Of a stretch of DNA of 64,000 nucleotides, positions 20,924-32,494 are shown one piece after another. The translations under genes were made by a program, and so were the position numbers. Where the stretch lies: assembly GCA_013349585.1 (NCBI GenBank), contig DUZG01000004.1:96-64095 (forward strand), given 5' to 3'. Below the pieces are notes generated by a model that made no database searches, had not been told where the DNA came from, and saw only the letters and a list, made by a program, of their open reading frames with translations. Source of the DNA: Nitrospinota bacterium. GTDB lineage: Bacteria > Nitrospinota > Nitrospinia > Nitrospinales > VA-1. Each line of letters begins with the position of its first letter. Position 1 is the stretch's first letter.

Positions 20924-23029
20924 ATGAGTAAGCAAATCGGACTTGAAAAGACTCGCAATATAGGAATCATTGCGCATATAGACGCGGGCAAAACCACGAC
21001 GACCGAGAGGGTTCTGTATTATACTGGTAAGAGTCATAAAATCGGTGAGGTGCATGACGGTAACGCCACAATGGACTGGATGGAGCAAGAGCAGGAGAGA
21101 GGCATTACTATCACGTCTGCGGCGACTACCTGTTTTTGGTTGGATCATCAGATCAATATTATTGATACGCCTGGTCATGTGGATTTTACTGCTGAGGTTG
21201 AACGGTCGTTGCGGGTGCTTGATGGTGCTGTTGGTGTCTTTGATGCGGTCAGTGGAGTTGAGCCACAGTCTGAAACTGTTTGGCGTCAGGCGAGTAAATA
21301 TAATGTACCGCGAATATGTTTTGTGAATAAGATGGACCGTGCGGGAGCAAACTTTTTAGGTTGTATTCAGCAGATGAAGGATAAGTTAAATGCGAAGCCG
21401 GTGCCGATCCAGCTTCCATTGGGGGCTGAAGCTGATTTCATCGGCGTCATAGACCTAGTTGAAATGAAGGCGCATGTTTATTCGGATGAGAAGAATAAGG
21501 GCGAAACCTATGATGTGGTAGATATTCCGGCTGAGTATAAGGATCAGGCCGAGGAATATCGAGAAATGCTGATCGAATCCATTTCGGATGTGGATGACAG
21601 TATCATGGAGAAATTTCTGGCTGGCGACGAAGTGGCCTTAGAGGACATTCGTTTGGCGTTGAGAGTGGGAACGCTTGATTCGCGGTTCACTCCTATATTG
21701 TGTGGTGCTGCCTTTAAGAATAAGGGGGTCCAGCAACTACTTGATGCGGTTGTCGCATATCTCCCATCCCCTCAAGAATTAAAAACCATCACCGGAACCA
21801 ACCCTGATACTCAAGAGGAAGAAAAAAGAAAGCTGGATGCTGGTGATCATTTTTCTGCATTGGCATTCAAAATTATGACAGACCCTTTTGTTGGTCAATT
21901 GGCGTTCGTAAGGGTTTATTCAGGTGAATTAATCAGTGGGTCCTACGTATATAATTCAACAAAAAATTCAAAAGAGCGTGTCGGGCGAATTTTAAGAATG
22001 CATGCTAACAAGCGTGAAGAGGTCGATTTGGTGCGTGCCGGTGACATTGCCGCCGTAATCGGATTGAAAAAGACATACACGGGTGACACGCTTTGCGATA
22101 GAGATTATCCAATTATTTTAGAATCAATCACCTTTCCGGAGCCGGTTATTTCGGTAGCGATTGAGCCAAAAACCAAGGCTGAGCAGGATAAGCTTTCAGA
22201 TTGTTTGGTAAAACTTCTGCAGGAGGATCCAACGTTTCGAGTTCGTGTTGATCCGGATACGAATCAAACAGTTATTTCTGGAATGGGTGAGTTGCATCTT
22301 GAAATTCTTGTCGATCGAATGCGTCGCGAGTTCTCGCTCGATGTGGATGTGTCGAAGCCTCAGGTTGCGTTCAAAGAGACGATTACTAAGGGTATTGAGC
22401 ACGAAAACAAATATATCAAGCAATCGGGTGGTCGCGGTCAGTATGGTCATGTGGTTATCAAGGTTGAGCCGAGAGAGGCAGGATCTGGATTCGAATTTGT
22501 TAATAAAATTGTTGGCGGTTCTATCCCTAGGGAGTTTATCCCGGCGGTGCAAAAGGGTGTTGTTGAGTCGATGGCTCGAGGAATACTTTGTGGGTATCCG
22601 GCGGTAGATATTTCTGTGACTTTACTAGACGGATCTTATCATGATGTAGATTCGTCTGAGATGGCTTTTAAGATTTGTGCTTCTATGGCGTTTCAGGAGG
22701 CTTGTAAAAAAGCGTCGCCGCAATTGTTGGAGCCGGTAATGGATGTGGAAGTGGTCACGCCTGAGGAATTTATGGGGGATGTGATTGGTAAGCTCAACTC
22801 TAAACGGGGTAAAATCAAAGATCTCGCTGATCGTGCAGGGGCGAAAGTAATTCGATCGGAAGTGCCTTTGTCAGGAATGTTTGGTTATTCAACTGATCTT
22901 CGATCGGCGACACAGGGGAGAGCCAGTTACTCGATGGAGTTTTCTAAGTATGACGCTGTTCCAGCTTCAGTTGCTGAAGAGCTGATTGCTAAGTCTACGG
23001 GTTCCAGTGCGAAGGCGGCAGTTAAATAA
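20924..23029 (+). CDS. fusA: elongation factor G
   Basis: 701 aa with [20 protein letters not shown] and NKMD G-motifs. Confidence 0.99.
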   Translation: MSKQIGLEKTRNIGIIAHIDAGKTTTTERVLYYTGKSHKIGEVHDGNATMDWMEQEQERGITITSAATTCFWLDHQINIIDTPGHVDFTAEVERSLRVLDGAVGVFDAVSGVEPQSETVWRQASKYNVPRICFVNKMDRAGANFLGCIQQMKDKLNAKPVPIQLPLGAEADFIGVIDLVEMKAHVYSDEKNKGETYDVVDIPAEYKDQAEEYREMLIESISDVDDSIMEKFLAGDEVALEDIRLALRVGTLDSRFTPILCGAAFKNKGVQQLLDAVVAYLPSPQELKTITGTNPDTQEEEKRKLDAGDHFSALAFKIMTDPFVGQLAFVRVYSGELISGSYVYNSTKNSKERVGRILRMHANKREEVDLVRAGDIAAVIGLKKTYTGDTLCDRDYPIILESITFPEPVISVAIEPKTKAEQDKLSDCLVKLLQEDPTFRVRVDPDTNQTVISGMGELHLEILVDRMRREFSLDVDVSKPQVAFKETITKGIEHENKYIKQSGGRGQYGHVVIKVEPREAGSGFEFVNKIVGGSIPREFIPAVQKGVVESMARGILCGYPAVDISVTLLDGSYHDVDSSEMAFKICASMAFQEACKKASPQLLEPVMDVEVVTPEEFMGDVIGKLNSKRGKIKDLADRAGAKVIRSEVPLSGMFGYSTDLRSATQGRASYSMEFSKYDAVPASVAEELIAKSTGSSAKAAVK

Positions 23030-23055
23030 ATAAATTAGCAGTTAAATAAATAAAT
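23018..23055 (+). repeat. 20-bp-period tandem duplication spanning the fusA stop codon
   Basis: GCAGTTAAATAAATAAAT occurs at 23018-23035 and again at 23038-23055. Confidence 0.8.
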
Positions 23056-23081
23056 AATACATATTATTGGAGTGAATAGGC

Positions 23082-24272
23082 ATGGCTAAAGAAAAATTTA
23101 TACGCGATAAACCGCATTTGAACGTTGGAACGATTGGTCACGTTGATCATGGTAAGACGACTCTTACTGCGGCGATTTCAGAGGTTCTATCTAAAAAAGG
23201 ATTGGCTGAGACAGTCGCCTTTGATCAGATTGATAAGGCTCCTGAAGAGAAAGAGCGGGGAATCACCATAGCTATCTCTCATATTGAATACAATACTGAA
23301 GCCAGACATTACGCTCATGTTGACTGTCCTGGTCATGCTGATTATGTTAAGAATATGATCACCGGTGCAGCCCAAATGGATGGAGGGGTTCTGGTGATTT
23401 CGGCTAACGATGGTCCTATGCCGCAGACTCGTGAGCACATTCTTTTGGCCCGTCAGGTTGGCGTGCCTAAACTCTGTGTGTTTATGAATAAATGTGACAT
23501 GGTTGATGATCCTGAGCTGCTTGATTTGGTTGAGATGGAAGTGCGTGAGTTGCTGTGTAAGTATGATTATCCTGGCGATGATGTTCCTGTCATACGCGGA
23601 AGTGCTCTACAAGCATTGGAGAATCCCGAGGATGAAGAAAAAAGCAAGTGTATCTGGGAATTAATGGAAGCGCTTGATACGTATTTTCCGGTTCCAGATC
23701 GTCCTGTTGACAAGCCATTTTTGATGCCAATAGAAGATATTTTTAGTATTTCAGGGCGTGGAACGGTTGCGACTGGCCGTATTGAGCAAGGGATTGTCAA
23801 AGTTGGTGAAGAAATTGAGATTGTAGGGTTTAAGGATACAATGAAGACCACGTGTACTGGTGTTGAGATGTTCCGTAAGCTTCTCGATGAGGGGCGTGCA
23901 GGAGAAAATGTGGGAATTCTGCTTCGTGGAACCAAGCGTGAGGAAATCGAGCGCGGTCAGGTTCTTTCTAAGCCTGGATCAATCACGCCACATACAAAAT
24001 TCAAAGCTGAAGTTTATATCCTGACTAAAGAAGAGGGTGGAAGGCATACACCTTTTTTTAATGGATATCGTCCGCAGTTTTATTTTAGGACGACGGATGT
24101 GACAGGTGTAGCGACGTTACCGACGGGTGTTGAAATGGTGATGCCTGGGGATAATGTTGCGATGGAGATAACGCTTATTACCGCTGTTGCTATGGATAAG
24201 GGTCTTAAATTCGCTATCCGTGAAGGTGGTCGTACGGTGGGAGCCGGAGTTGTTGGTGAGATTATAGAATAA
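23082..24272 (+). CDS. tuf: elongation factor Tu
   Basis: 396 aa with [18 protein letters not shown] and NKCD motifs. It is the only tuf copy in the window. Confidence 0.99.
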   Translation: MAKEKFIRDKPHLNVGTIGHVDHGKTTLTAAISEVLSKKGLAETVAFDQIDKAPEEKERGITIAISHIEYNTEARHYAHVDCPGHADYVKNMITGAAQMDGGVLVISANDGPMPQTREHILLARQVGVPKLCVFMNKCDMVDDPELLDLVEMEVRELLCKYDYPGDDVPVIRGSALQALENPEDEEKSKCIWELMEALDTYFPVPDRPVDKPFLMPIEDIFSISGRGTVATGRIEQGIVKVGEEIEIVGFKDTMKTTCTGVEMFRKLLDEGRAGENVGILLRGTKREEIERGQVLSKPGSITPHTKFKAEVYILTKEEGGRHTPFFNGYRPQFYFRTTDVTGVATLPTGVEMVMPGDNVAMEITLITAVAMDKGLKFAIREGGRTVGAGVVGEIIE

Positions 24273-24580
24273 TGAGCGATCAAAAAATACGCATTAAGCT
24301 TAAGGCCTACGACCATAAATTGTTAGACTGGTCGGTAGCGGAAATAGTCGAAACCACAAAGCGCACAGGAGCAAAAGTGGTTGGGCCCATTCCTCTACCT
24401 ACGGTAAGAAATCGATGGACAGTTTTAAGATCACCGCATGTGGATAAGAAATCTCGTGAGCAGTTTGAGATTCGTACTCACAAGCGAATAATAGAAATTC
24501 TTGAACCCACCCCGCAGACCGTGGATGCGTTGATGAAGCTGGACCTCTCCGGCGGTGTGGATATTGAAATCAAGCTTTAA
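24272..24580 (+). CDS. rpsJ: 30S ribosomal protein S10
   Basis: [14 protein letters not shown]...[21 protein letters not shown]. The ATG shares its A with the tuf TAA. Confidence 0.98.
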   Translation: MSDQKIRIKLKAYDHKLLDWSVAEIVETTKRTGAKVVGPIPLPTVRNRWTVLRSPHVDKKSREQFEIRTHKRIIEILEPTPQTVDALMKLDLSGGVDIEIKL

Positions 24581-24592
24581 TATGGAATTGCG

Positions 24593-25219
24593 ATGAGCGC
24601 GTTGCTAGGAAAAAAAATAGGTATGACCCAGGTGTTTACGGATAAGGGCGATTGTGTGCCTGTGACCGTGGTACATGTTGAGCGATGTGTCCCCGTTTTA
24701 AAAAGAACTGCTGAAAAAGATGGGTATAATGCTGTTATGCTGGCTTATGGGGATAGAAAAGCAAAGCACACCAACAAGCCTTTACAAGGGTTCTACGACA
24801 AGCACAAAGTCGAGCCAGCGAAAATTCTTAAGGAGTTTCGCGATCAGGATATCGATGATGATGCAATTGGAAAGCCTATAAATGTAGATGTTTTTAGTGA
24901 AGGCGATGTGGTTCAAGTTGTTGGTGTGACTAAGGGTCGTGGTTTCTCCGGGGTGTTCCGGCGTTTCAACTACGCCGGCGCGCCAGCTTCACATGGTCAT
25001 CATGAGAGTTATCGTGGTACGGGTTCGATCGGTATGCACACTTATCCTGGCCGAGTTTTTAAGGGGACGGGAATGCCTGGGCGTATGGGCGGTAAAGCGG
25101 TACATCTCAAAAACCTGAAGGTTATGCGGGTGGATGTTGAGAATAATGTGCTGCTTCTCAAGGGCTGTGTGCCTGGAGCGAATGGCGGATTGCTTAGAAT
25201 TTTTAATCGTAAGGGATAA
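24593..25219 (+). CDS. rplC: 50S ribosomal protein L3
   Basis: LLGKKIGMTQVF N-terminus, 208 aa, conserved order. Confidence 0.98.
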   Translation: MSALLGKKIGMTQVFTDKGDCVPVTVVHVERCVPVLKRTAEKDGYNAVMLAYGDRKAKHTNKPLQGFYDKHKVEPAKILKEFRDQDIDDDAIGKPINVDVFSEGDVVQVVGVTKGRGFSGVFRRFNYAGAPASHGHHESYRGTGSIGMHTYPGRVFKGTGMPGRMGGKAVHLKNLKVMRVDVENNVLLLKGCVPGANGGLLRIFNRKG

Positions 25220-25228
25220 ACTTTTTTC

Positions 25229-25855
25229 ATGCCTGATTTAGATGTGATTGATATAGAGAATAAAAAAGTGGGAACTGTCGAGGCGTCTGCCGAGGTGTTC
25301 GCTGCTAACGTTAACGCCGAACTTGTTCAGCGTTATGTGACCATGCAATTGGCGACACGGCGTGGTGGGAATGCGGCGACTAAGCAGAGTAAGGGCGACC
25401 TTCATGGTAGTAACAAGAAACCTTGGAAGCAAAAAGGTACGGGTCGTGCTCGGGCAGGTAACACACGTTCGCCAATCTGGCGTGGGGGGCTGACGGTATT
25501 TGGTCCTAGCCCAAAAAGCTATGCGTTCACTCTCTCTAAGAAGTCCAAAAAAATTGCTTTGAAGTCTGTTTTTACTGAAAGATTTGCAAGTCAAAACTTC
25601 TCTGTTGTAGATTCTATAGTTTTGGAGCACCCGAAAACAAAAGATGCGGCGGCTATTCTGCAAAAATTAAGTCTTCCTGATAAAACATTATTCATTATCT
25701 CTGAAAAAAATCAAAATTTTCAGTTGGCGGTGCGTAATTTGCCGGACACTAATGTTTTGTTAGTTGAGGGGTTGAATGTATTCGATCTTTTGAGGCATGA
25801 GAAAATTGTTTGCACTAAGGATGCGTTACAAAAAATTGAGGAGAGATTGAGCTAA
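25229..25855 (+). CDS. rplD: 50S ribosomal protein L4
   Basis: KPWKQKGTGRARAGNTRSPIWRGGLTVFGP signature. Confidence 0.98.
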   Translation: MPDLDVIDIENKKVGTVEASAEVFAANVNAELVQRYVTMQLATRRGGNAATKQSKGDLHGSNKKPWKQKGTGRARAGNTRSPIWRGGLTVFGPSPKSYAFTLSKKSKKIALKSVFTERFASQNFSVVDSIVLEHPKTKDAAAILQKLSLPDKTLFIISEKNQNFQLAVRNLPDTNVLLVEGLNVFDLLRHEKIVCTKDALQKIEERLS

Positions 25856-26142
25856 TGGATATGTATAAAATTGTTAAAAAGCCATTGGTGACAGAAAAAG
25901 GTACAGTTATGTTGAGCGAGGGAAATCGGGTGACTTTTAAAGTTCATCTGGATGCTAATAAGATTGAAATTCGCGATGCAGTGCAAAAAATATTCAGCGT
26001 CACTGTCTTACAGGTAAATACCCAGGTCGTTCGTGGTAAGCGCAAAAGGTTTGGTAAGGCGATGGGGCAGACAAAGTCTTGGAAAAAGGCAATGGTGCAG
26101 TTGAAAGAAGGCGATAAAATTGAAATATTTGAGGGAGTTTAA
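25855..26142 (+). CDS. rplW: 50S ribosomal protein L23
   Basis: 95 aa; IVKKPLVTEKGT...VTFKV; conserved order. Confidence 0.97.
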   Translation: MDMYKIVKKPLVTEKGTVMLSEGNRVTFKVHLDANKIEIRDAVQKIFSVTVLQVNTQVVRGKRKRFGKAMGQTKSWKKAMVQLKEGDKIEIFEGV

Positions 26143-26148
26143 GGGTTA

Positions 26149-26979
26149 ATGCCTATCAGGAAGCTAAAGCCTCGATCTCCGGGTGTTCGGTCTATGACCA
26201 TTTCCGGATTTGATGAGATAACAAAGTCAGAGCCGGAAAAAAGTCTTCTTGTCTCCATTTCGAGATCGGGAGGGCGCAATAATCACGGCCGAATAACAAG
26301 TAAGCGGCGTGGAGGTGGACATCGCATACAATATCGAGTTATTGATTTTAAGCGTAACAAGGATGGCATTGGTGCGAAAGTTGTTGGGATAGAGTATGAC
26401 CCTAATCGATCGGCCCGCATTGCTTTGCTGGTTTACTCGGATGGTGAAAAACGTTACATCATTGCTCCTGCAAAGTTGAGCGTAGGTGATGTTTTGATGT
26501 CTGGTGAAGGTGTTGAGATTAAAAACGGTAATTGCTTACCGCTAAAAGATATCCCTGATGGAACGCTGATTCATAATATAGAGATGCGACCGGGAAAAGG
26601 TGCTCAAATCTCGCGTAGTGCTGGTGGCGGTGTTCAGTTGATGGCAAAAGAGGGGGAGTATGTCACTCTGAAATTAAAATCAGGCGAAGTCCGGTTGATT
26701 CATAAGAATTGTCGTGCAACGATAGGTGTTGTGGGTAATTCGGATCATGAAAAGGTGTCCATCGGTAAAGCCGGGCGGGTACGTTGGATGGGTCGTCGAC
26801 CGCGAGTACGTGCTGTAGCGATGAACCCTGTGGATCATCCTATGGGTGGTGGTGAAGGTCGGTCTTCGGGCGGACGTCACCCTTGTAGCCCTTGGGGTCA
26901 AAGCGCTAAAGGATTAAAAACAAGAAAAGTTAGTAAACCATCGAACAAATTTATTCTCAGCCGCAAGAAGAGAAGGTAA
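26149..26979 (+). CDS. rplB: 50S ribosomal protein L2
   Basis: 276 aa; [26 protein letters not shown] region. Confidence 0.98.
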   Translation: MPIRKLKPRSPGVRSMTISGFDEITKSEPEKSLLVSISRSGGRNNHGRITSKRRGGGHRIQYRVIDFKRNKDGIGAKVVGIEYDPNRSARIALLVYSDGEKRYIIAPAKLSVGDVLMSGEGVEIKNGNCLPLKDIPDGTLIHNIEMRPGKGAQISRSAGGGVQLMAKEGEYVTLKLKSGEVRLIHKNCRATIGVVGNSDHEKVSIGKAGRVRWMGRRPRVRAVAMNPVDHPMGGGEGRSSGGRHPCSPWGQSAKGLKTRKVSKPSNKFILSRKKRR

Positions 26980-27030
26980 GCTTGCAGTCTTAGGGAAGAT
27001 GATAAACTTGTCGAATTTTGAGGGTTAGGA

Positions 27031-27312
27031 ATGGCACGATCGCTAAAAAAAGGTCCGTTTGTTGATTCGCATTTGATGGATCGAATTGAGGAGATGAACC
27101 GCAAGAATGAAAAGAAGATTTTCAAAACGTGGTCGCGTCGCTCCACTATCACGCCAGATTTTGTTGGGCATACTATATCTGTTTACAATGGGAAAAAGTT
27201 TTTTCCGGTATTTGTAACGGAAAATATGGTTGGGCATAAGTTGGGTGAGTTTTCTCCTACGCGGACCTTCAGGTCGCACGGGGGAAAAACCAAAAAAGCA
27301 GTAACCAAGTAA
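27031..27312 (+). CDS. rpsS: 30S ribosomal protein S19
   Basis: [12 protein letters not shown]...[13 protein letters not shown]. Confidence 0.98.
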   Translation: MARSLKKGPFVDSHLMDRIEEMNRKNEKKIFKTWSRRSTITPDFVGHTISVYNGKKFFPVFVTENMVGHKLGEFSPTRTFRSHGGKTKKAVTK

Positions 27313-27397
27313 GCTAGGGTTGTCCTAGTGAAATGAAATTTATCGCAGGTTTTGAGGGGTAATAGCCTCGCTTGTGAATTAGAGAGACTGAAAAATC

Positions 27398-27739
27398 ATG
27401 GAAGTAAAAGCCCTGCTCAGGCATACGCGAACAGCACCTCGTAAGGCGAGGTTGGTTGCAGATTTGATTCGCGGAAAAAATGTTACTGATGCCATTAATA
27501 TTTTACAGTTCACACGTAAAAGAGCGGCAGATGTATTTCAAAAGTTGTTAAAATCTGCTATTGCCAACGCAGAAGAGAACCATAAAGTTCTCGACGTAGA
27601 AGACTTGATTGTGAAGAATGTGAGGGTCGATGAAGGAGTTACTTGGAAGCGCAATATGCCGCGTGCCCGGGGTACATCTACAATGATTCAAAAAAAGACC
27701 AGCCACATTACTTTAGTGTTAGAAGAAAAAGAATCTTAA
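27398..27739 (+). CDS. rplV: 50S ribosomal protein L22
   Basis: 113 aa; [17 protein letters not shown] signature. Confidence 0.97.
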   Translation: MEVKALLRHTRTAPRKARLVADLIRGKNVTDAINILQFTRKRAADVFQKLLKSAIANAEENHKVLDVEDLIVKNVRVDEGVTWKRNMPRARGTSTMIQKKTSHITLVLEEKES

Positions 27740-27749
27740 GGAGAAAAAA

Positions 27750-28466
27750 GTGGGTCAAAAAGTTCATCCCTATGGGTTTCGTTTGGGATTCAATAAGACA
27801 TGGATTTCTAATTGGTACGCGCGTAAAGACTATTCTGCGCAGTTAGTGGAAGACATCGGTCTTAGGCAATATATTTTCAAAACATTGGCGCATGCTGGAA
27901 TTTCCAAGGTGGAAATCGAGAGATCTGCGAACCGAGTGCGGATCAATATCCACACGGCGCGTCCTGGAATCATTATTGGTAAAAAAGGCCTGGAAGTTGA
28001 TCGCCTGAAAGCAGAACTGCAGAAGGCTATGAATGGTAAGCAGGTCAATCTAAATATCAAAGAAGTGCGTCGAGCGGAATTGGATGCAACTTTGATAGGT
28101 CAAAATATTGCTCTTCAATTGGAGAAACGGGTTTCTTTTCGCCGCGCCATGAAAAAGAGTGTTGTTTCGGCGCTTAGGTTCGGTGCTAAGGGAATTAAGG
28201 TACGAGTTTCCGGGAGATTGGGTGGAGCTGAGATTGCCCGTAGCGAATGGTACCGAGAAGGTCGAGTGCCTCTGCATACTCTTAGGGCTGATATCGATTA
28301 TGGAACAGCTTCCTCTCATACCACTTATGGGATTATTGGTGTGAAAGTTTGGGTTTATAAGGGGGAAATACTCCCGGATAAAAAAATTGAAAAGCCAGAA
28401 GGCTTTGGATCGCGACCTGTTTCATCGGGCCGACCTGCTTCTGCAGGACATGCAGGTAAAAAATAA
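27750..28466 (+). CDS. rpsC: 30S ribosomal protein S3
   Basis: [13 protein letters not shown]-terminus and KH domain. GTG start. Confidence 0.98.
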   Translation: MGQKVHPYGFRLGFNKTWISNWYARKDYSAQLVEDIGLRQYIFKTLAHAGISKVEIERSANRVRINIHTARPGIIIGKKGLEVDRLKAELQKAMNGKQVNLNIKEVRRAELDATLIGQNIALQLEKRVSFRRAMKKSVVSALRFGAKGIKVRVSGRLGGAEIARSEWYREGRVPLHTLRADIDYGTASSHTTYGIIGVKVWVYKGEILPDKKIEKPEGFGSRPVSSGRPASAGHAGKK

Positions 28467-28503
28467 GAACAAGAGTAAAACGTTTATTTGGAGATAATGC
28501 ATC

Positions 28504-28908
28504 ATGTTGATGCCCAAAAGGGTTAAATATAGAAAACGCCACAAAGGCAGAATGCGAGGAACAGCATACCGTGGAGGCGCTCTGAGTTTTGGTACCTTTG
28601 GTTTGCAGGCTTTGGAATGCGGGCGCATCACCAATCGGCAGATTGAAGCAGCTCGAATTGCAATGACAAGGCATGTTAAGCGTGGTGGAAAAATCTGGCT
28701 TAGAATTTTCCCAGACAAGCCGGTTTCGAAGAAGCCGTTGGAAACAAGAATGGGTAAGGGTAAGGGTAATCCGGAGTTTTGGGTTGCAGTAGTTAAGCCT
28801 GGGCGTATGCTCTATGAGATGGAAGGTGTCTCTGAGCCGATTGCGAAAGAGGCATTTCGTCTTGCGGCTCATAAGCTGTCGGTGGCAACTCGATTTGTTG
28901 CGAAATAA
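28504..28908 (+). CDS. rplP: 50S ribosomal protein L16
   Basis: [19 protein letters not shown]...[14 protein letters not shown]. Confidence 0.98.
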   Translation: MLMPKRVKYRKRHKGRMRGTAYRGGALSFGTFGLQALECGRITNRQIEAARIAMTRHVKRGGKIWLRIFPDKPVSKKPLETRMGKGKGNPEFWVAVVKPGRMLYEMEGVSEPIAKEAFRLAAHKLSVATRFVAK

Positions 28909-28926
28909 TTGAACGGAAAATAGGTA

Positions 28927-29157
28927 ATGAAAGCACAAGAGATTAGAGATCTTTCGGAGAAAGAGCGGCAGAATAAGGTAACGGACTTGGGGCAGGAAAT
29001 TTTCAACCTTAGGTTTCAATTGGCGACGGGGAAAATTGAAAACCCAAGCCGCTTGAAAAGTCTTCGTAGGGATGTCGCAAGAATTAAAACCATACAGCAG
29101 GAAGCGATGGGTGATTCACCGCAACCTGTAAAAGAAGCAAGCGAAGAAAAAAAATAA
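28927..29157 (+). CDS. rpmC: 50S ribosomal protein L29
   Basis: 76 aa with the L29 helical hairpin (LFNLRFQLATGKIENPSRL). Confidence 0.96.
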   Translation: MKAQEIRDLSEKERQNKVTDLGQEIFNLRFQLATGKIENPSRLKSLRRDVARIKTIQQEAMGDSPQPVKEASEEKK

Positions 29158-29210
29158 CGTAATTAGGGTCGAGACTTGTCGCCTGATAATTAACTGAATA
29201 GGAAATTCCT

Positions 29211-29489
29211 TTGGAAAAGACTACAAAAAGAAAAGATCTGCAAGGCTTGGTTGTCAGTAACAAGATGAACAAGACCGTGGTTGTGCAGGTGGAGCGCAAA
29301 TTTGCCCACCCAAAATTCAAGAAGGTGGTTAAGAGCACTAGTAAGTACAAAGCTCATGATGAGGAAAATGAATGCAACCCTGGAGACTTTGTCAGCATTG
29401 GCGAAACGCGGCCGTTGAGTAAAACCAAGCGTTGGCGTTTGCTGGAGATTATTAAAAAAGGAGTAGTAGAAGAAGGTAAAGCGTCATGA
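29211..29489 (+). CDS. rpsQ: 30S ribosomal protein S17
   Basis: [20 protein letters not shown]...KYKAHDE. TTG start. Confidence 0.96.
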   Translation: MEKTTKRKDLQGLVVSNKMNKTVVVQVERKFAHPKFKKVVKSTSKYKAHDEENECNPGDFVSIGETRPLSKTKRWRLLEIIKKGVVEEGKAS

Positions 29490-29854
29490 TTCAATTAAGA
29501 ACCGTTTTAGATGTTGCAGATAATTCTGGAGCAAAAGTAGTTCAGTGTATTAAGGTGTTGGGTGGTTCCCGCCGCCGCTATGCGCGGATTGGTGATGTGA
29601 TCGTTGTTGCAGTTAAGGAAGTAGACCCTCAAAGTACCTTAAAGAAGGGTGAAGTAAAAAAAGCAGTAGTGGTTCGCACCCGTAAAGAAATTCGTAGATC
29701 TAATGGAACCTATATCAAGTTTGATAGTAATGCGGCAGTTCTAATTGGCGATGGAAAAGACCCGGTCGGCACACGTATTTTTGGGCCTGTTGGTAGGGAA
29801 TTGCGTGCTAAGAAATATATGAAAATCCTATCGCTTGCTCCTGAGGTGCTGTAA
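29486..29854 (+). CDS. rplN: 50S ribosomal protein L14
   Basis: [17 protein letters not shown] signature, 122 aa. Confidence 0.98.
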   Translation: MIQLRTVLDVADNSGAKVVQCIKVLGGSRRRYARIGDVIVVAVKEVDPQSTLKKGEVKKAVVVRTRKEIRRSNGTYIKFDSNAAVLIGDGKDPVGTRIFGPVGRELRAKKYMKILSLAPEVL

Positions 29855-30192
29855 TGAAAAATGCATCTTATAAGTTACATCTGAAAAAAGACGATATCGT
29901 TCAGGTTATAGCCGGAAAAGAAAAAGGAAAAAAGGGAAAGATTCTGGCAATATTTCCTGCGCGTGAACGGCTGTCTGTAGAGAAGTTGAATATGGTCAAG
30001 CGTCATACAAAGGGCGATGGAAAATCCAAACAATCCGCTATAGTGGAAAAAGAGGGGACGATTCATATTTCTAATGTTTTGCTTGTGAGTGACAAAGTTG
30101 GAAAAGGTGTTCGGACAAAATTAAAAAAACTGGCCGATGGCAAGCGGGTTCGCGTTTGTTCAAAGACCGGCGATGTGTTGGATAAGGTATAA
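29854..30192 (+). CDS. rplX: 50S ribosomal protein L24
   Basis: KOW motif [21 protein letters not shown]. Confidence 0.97.
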   Translation: MKNASYKLHLKKDDIVQVIAGKEKGKKGKILAIFPARERLSVEKLNMVKRHTKGDGKSKQSAIVEKEGTIHISNVLLVSDKVGKGVRTKLKKLADGKRVRVCSKTGDVLDKV

Positions 30193-30194
30193 AA

Positions 30195-30734
30195 ATGCCC
30201 AATTTTAAGAAAATTTATAACGAAAAGCATAAAGCAGCAATCCAAAAAGATCTTGGTTTAGCGAATGTGATGGAAATTCCCAAGATTGAAAAGATCACGA
30301 TTAACATGGGTCTGGGTGAAGCGTTGCAAAACTCCAAACTGATAGAGTCTGGAGTAGAGCAATTGAAGATTATTACGGGTCAAATGCCTGTGATAACCAA
30401 GGCTAAAAAATCCATCTCCAATTTTAAGTTGAGAGAAGGGGTTCCGATTGGTGTGAAGGTGACCATGCGCGGTAACCGGATGTATGAATTCTGGGAGAGG
30501 CTAGTTTGTTTTTCACTTCCTAGGGTGCGTGATTTTAAAGGATTACCGCCGAAAGCATTTGATGGACGTGGTAATTATACAATTGGGCTTAAAGAGCAGT
30601 TGATCTTTCCCGAAATTGATTTCGATAAGATTGAGAAGGTCAAGGGAATGAATATTACAATCACAACCTCTGCTAAAGATGACGAACAGGGTAGATGTTT
30701 GCTGACTCATATGGGGCTTCCCCTAAGAAAGTAA
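30195..30734 (+). CDS. rplE: 50S ribosomal protein L5
   Basis: 179 aa; [20 protein letters not shown] signature. Confidence 0.98.
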   Translation: MPNFKKIYNEKHKAAIQKDLGLANVMEIPKIEKITINMGLGEALQNSKLIESGVEQLKIITGQMPVITKAKKSISNFKLREGVPIGVKVTMRGNRMYEFWERLVCFSLPRVRDFKGLPPKAFDGRGNYTIGLKEQLIFPEIDFDKIEKVKGMNITITTSAKDDEQGRCLLTHMGLPLRK

Positions 30735-30737
30735 GGT

Positions 30738-30923
30738 ATGGCAAGAAAATCATTAGTAGCAAAGCAAAAAAGAGTACCAAAATTTACAGTACGCGGATAT
30801 AGTCGTTGTAATATCTGCGGGCGACCACGGGCTTTTCTGAGAAAATTTGGAATGTGTCGCATATGTTTTCGTGAGAGAGCATTGCGGGGTGAAATTCCAG
30901 GTGTAACAAAGTCCAGCTGGTAA
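30738..30923 (+). CDS. rpsZ: 30S ribosomal protein S14, type Z (zinc form)
   Basis: 61 aa with [23 protein letters not shown] (CxxC...CxxC). Confidence 0.97.
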   Translation: MARKSLVAKQKRVPKFTVRGYSRCNICGRPRAFLRKFGMCRICFRERALRGEIPGVTKSSW

Positions 30924-31036
30924 CAGATTCTGGTGATTAGATTTTTTCTAATCGCGGTATTTTTAAGATTTTTTTTTTACCCTTCCTCCTTTCGGTGGGG
31001 TTGATAAGTTAATTTTTTTTGGAGTATCCTTGTAAT

Positions 31037-31429
31037 ATGATGACCGATCCTATAGCCGATTTATTCACCCGTATCCGAAACGGGCAGATGGTGCGACACC
31101 CGCGAGTGGATATTCCTGGCTCTAAAATGAAAAGCCGGATTGTGGAAATTTTGAGGGATGAAGGTTATATCAAGAATTTCCGCCTTTACGAGGATGGTAA
31201 GCAAGGAGTTCTCCGTGTTTATTTGAAATATTATAATGAAGAGCCTGTTATACGTGGTATTAGAAGGATCAGTAAGCCGGGGCGAAGGCACTATGTGAAC
31301 CGCGATACCATTCCTAAAGTTTTGAACGGATTAGGCGTGGCGATTGTTTCGACGTCATCGGGTGTTTTCACTGACGAGCAATGTCGGGAAAAAGGTGTTG
31401 GCGGGGAAGTCCTCGGGCACATCTGGTAA
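31037..31429 (+). CDS. rpsH: 30S ribosomal protein S8
   Basis: The canonical N-terminus [16 protein letters not shown] begins at ATG 31037. The track ORF starts at an upstream TTG. Confidence 0.96.
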   Translation: MMTDPIADLFTRIRNGQMVRHPRVDIPGSKMKSRIVEILRDEGYIKNFRLYEDGKQGVLRVYLKYYNEEPVIRGIRRISKPGRRHYVNRDTIPKVLNGLGVAIVSTSSGVFTDEQCREKGVGGEVLGHIW

Positions 31430-31503
31430 AAATTTAATTTTCCAATAAATGGAAAGTCATTAATGCCCGGATTGATTTCCGGGAGTTACGGAAAAAATAA
31501 GAA

Positions 31504-32055
31504 ATGTCTCGTATAGGAAGAAAACCAATTCCAGTACCCTCAGGGGTGGAGTTTAAAATTAGCGGCACAAAGGTTGACGTTAAAGGGCCGAAGGGTCAGT
31601 TATGTCGCGATCTACATCCAAATATGAAGATTGAGATTAAGAATAATGAGGTGACGGTAACACGTCCAAGCGATGACAGGTTGGATCGCTCTCTTCATGG
31701 TCTCACGCGAACCTTGATCAGTAATATGGTGTTGGGAGTAACTGATGGTTATTCCAAACAGCTTAATATTGTAGGAGTTGGCTACAAAGTCGCTTTGAAG
31801 GGTAAGGACCTTGTGCTTAACTTGGGGCATTCGCATCCTATTGATTACCCGGCTCCGAAGGGAATCGAATTTGAAGTAGATAATAAAAAAAACACCATTG
31901 TTATTAAGGGTTCTAATAAAGAAGTGGTGGGGCAAACGGCAGCTGAGATTCGTAGTTTTCGCCCACCAGAACCTTATAAGGGCAAAGGTGTTATGTACTC
32001 AACAGAGAAGATTAAACGCAAAGCCGGTAAGGCTGCGGTAGGAAAAGGATCGTAA
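31504..32055 (+). CDS. rplF: 50S ribosomal protein L6
   Basis: MSRIGRKPIPVPSGV N-terminus, 183 aa. Confidence 0.98.
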   Translation: MSRIGRKPIPVPSGVEFKISGTKVDVKGPKGQLCRDLHPNMKIEIKNNEVTVTRPSDDRLDRSLHGLTRTLISNMVLGVTDGYSKQLNIVGVGYKVALKGKDLVLNLGHSHPIDYPAPKGIEFEVDNKKNTIVIKGSNKEVVGQTAAEIRSFRPPEPYKGKGVMYSTEKIKRKAGKAAVGKGS

Positions 32056-32056
32056 A

Positions 32057-32422
32057 ATGAAAACTACAGAACGTGAACGACTACGATTAGCTAGGAAGAA
32101 AAGAGTCAAATTGAAGGTGCAGCGGCAAAATAGCAGACCTAGATTGACTGTATTTCGCAGTAGCAAGCATATTTATGCGCAGATCGTAGATGATAAAGAA
32201 GGTAAAACTCTGGTTTCCGGTTCGTCTATGACGAAGGGATTCAAGGAGCAAATGAAATCTGGCGGTAACTTGAAGGCTGCGGCTTTGGTAGGAGCTATGA
32301 TTGGTGAGCAGGCCGCTGCAAAAGGTATTAAAGAAATTTATTGCGATAGAAACGGTTTTCATTATTCAGGACGAGTCAAAGCTCTTGCCGATGCGGTACG
32401 AGAAAAAGGAATTAAATTTTAA
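32057..32422 (+). CDS. rplR: 50S ribosomal protein L18
   Basis: RPRLTVFRSSKHIYAQIVDD signature. Confidence 0.98.
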   Translation: MKTTERERLRLARKKRVKLKVQRQNSRPRLTVFRSSKHIYAQIVDDKEGKTLVSGSSMTKGFKEQMKSGGNLKAAALVGAMIGEQAAAKGIKEIYCDRNGFHYSGRVKALADAVREKGIKF

Positions 32423-32494
32423 TCCAAAAGAATCTCTTGGAACTTCCAGAATTATCGGATCATTAGAGATACTCTAAAAAAGTAGGAGGAAGGC

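Noticed and set aside
26830-26850. L2 motif reads DHPMGGGEG instead of DHPHGGGEG
   Set aside because: The first His of the motif, which I believe is the functionally discussed one, is retained. I am not certain how variable the second position is across bacteria, so I do not raise it as a finding.
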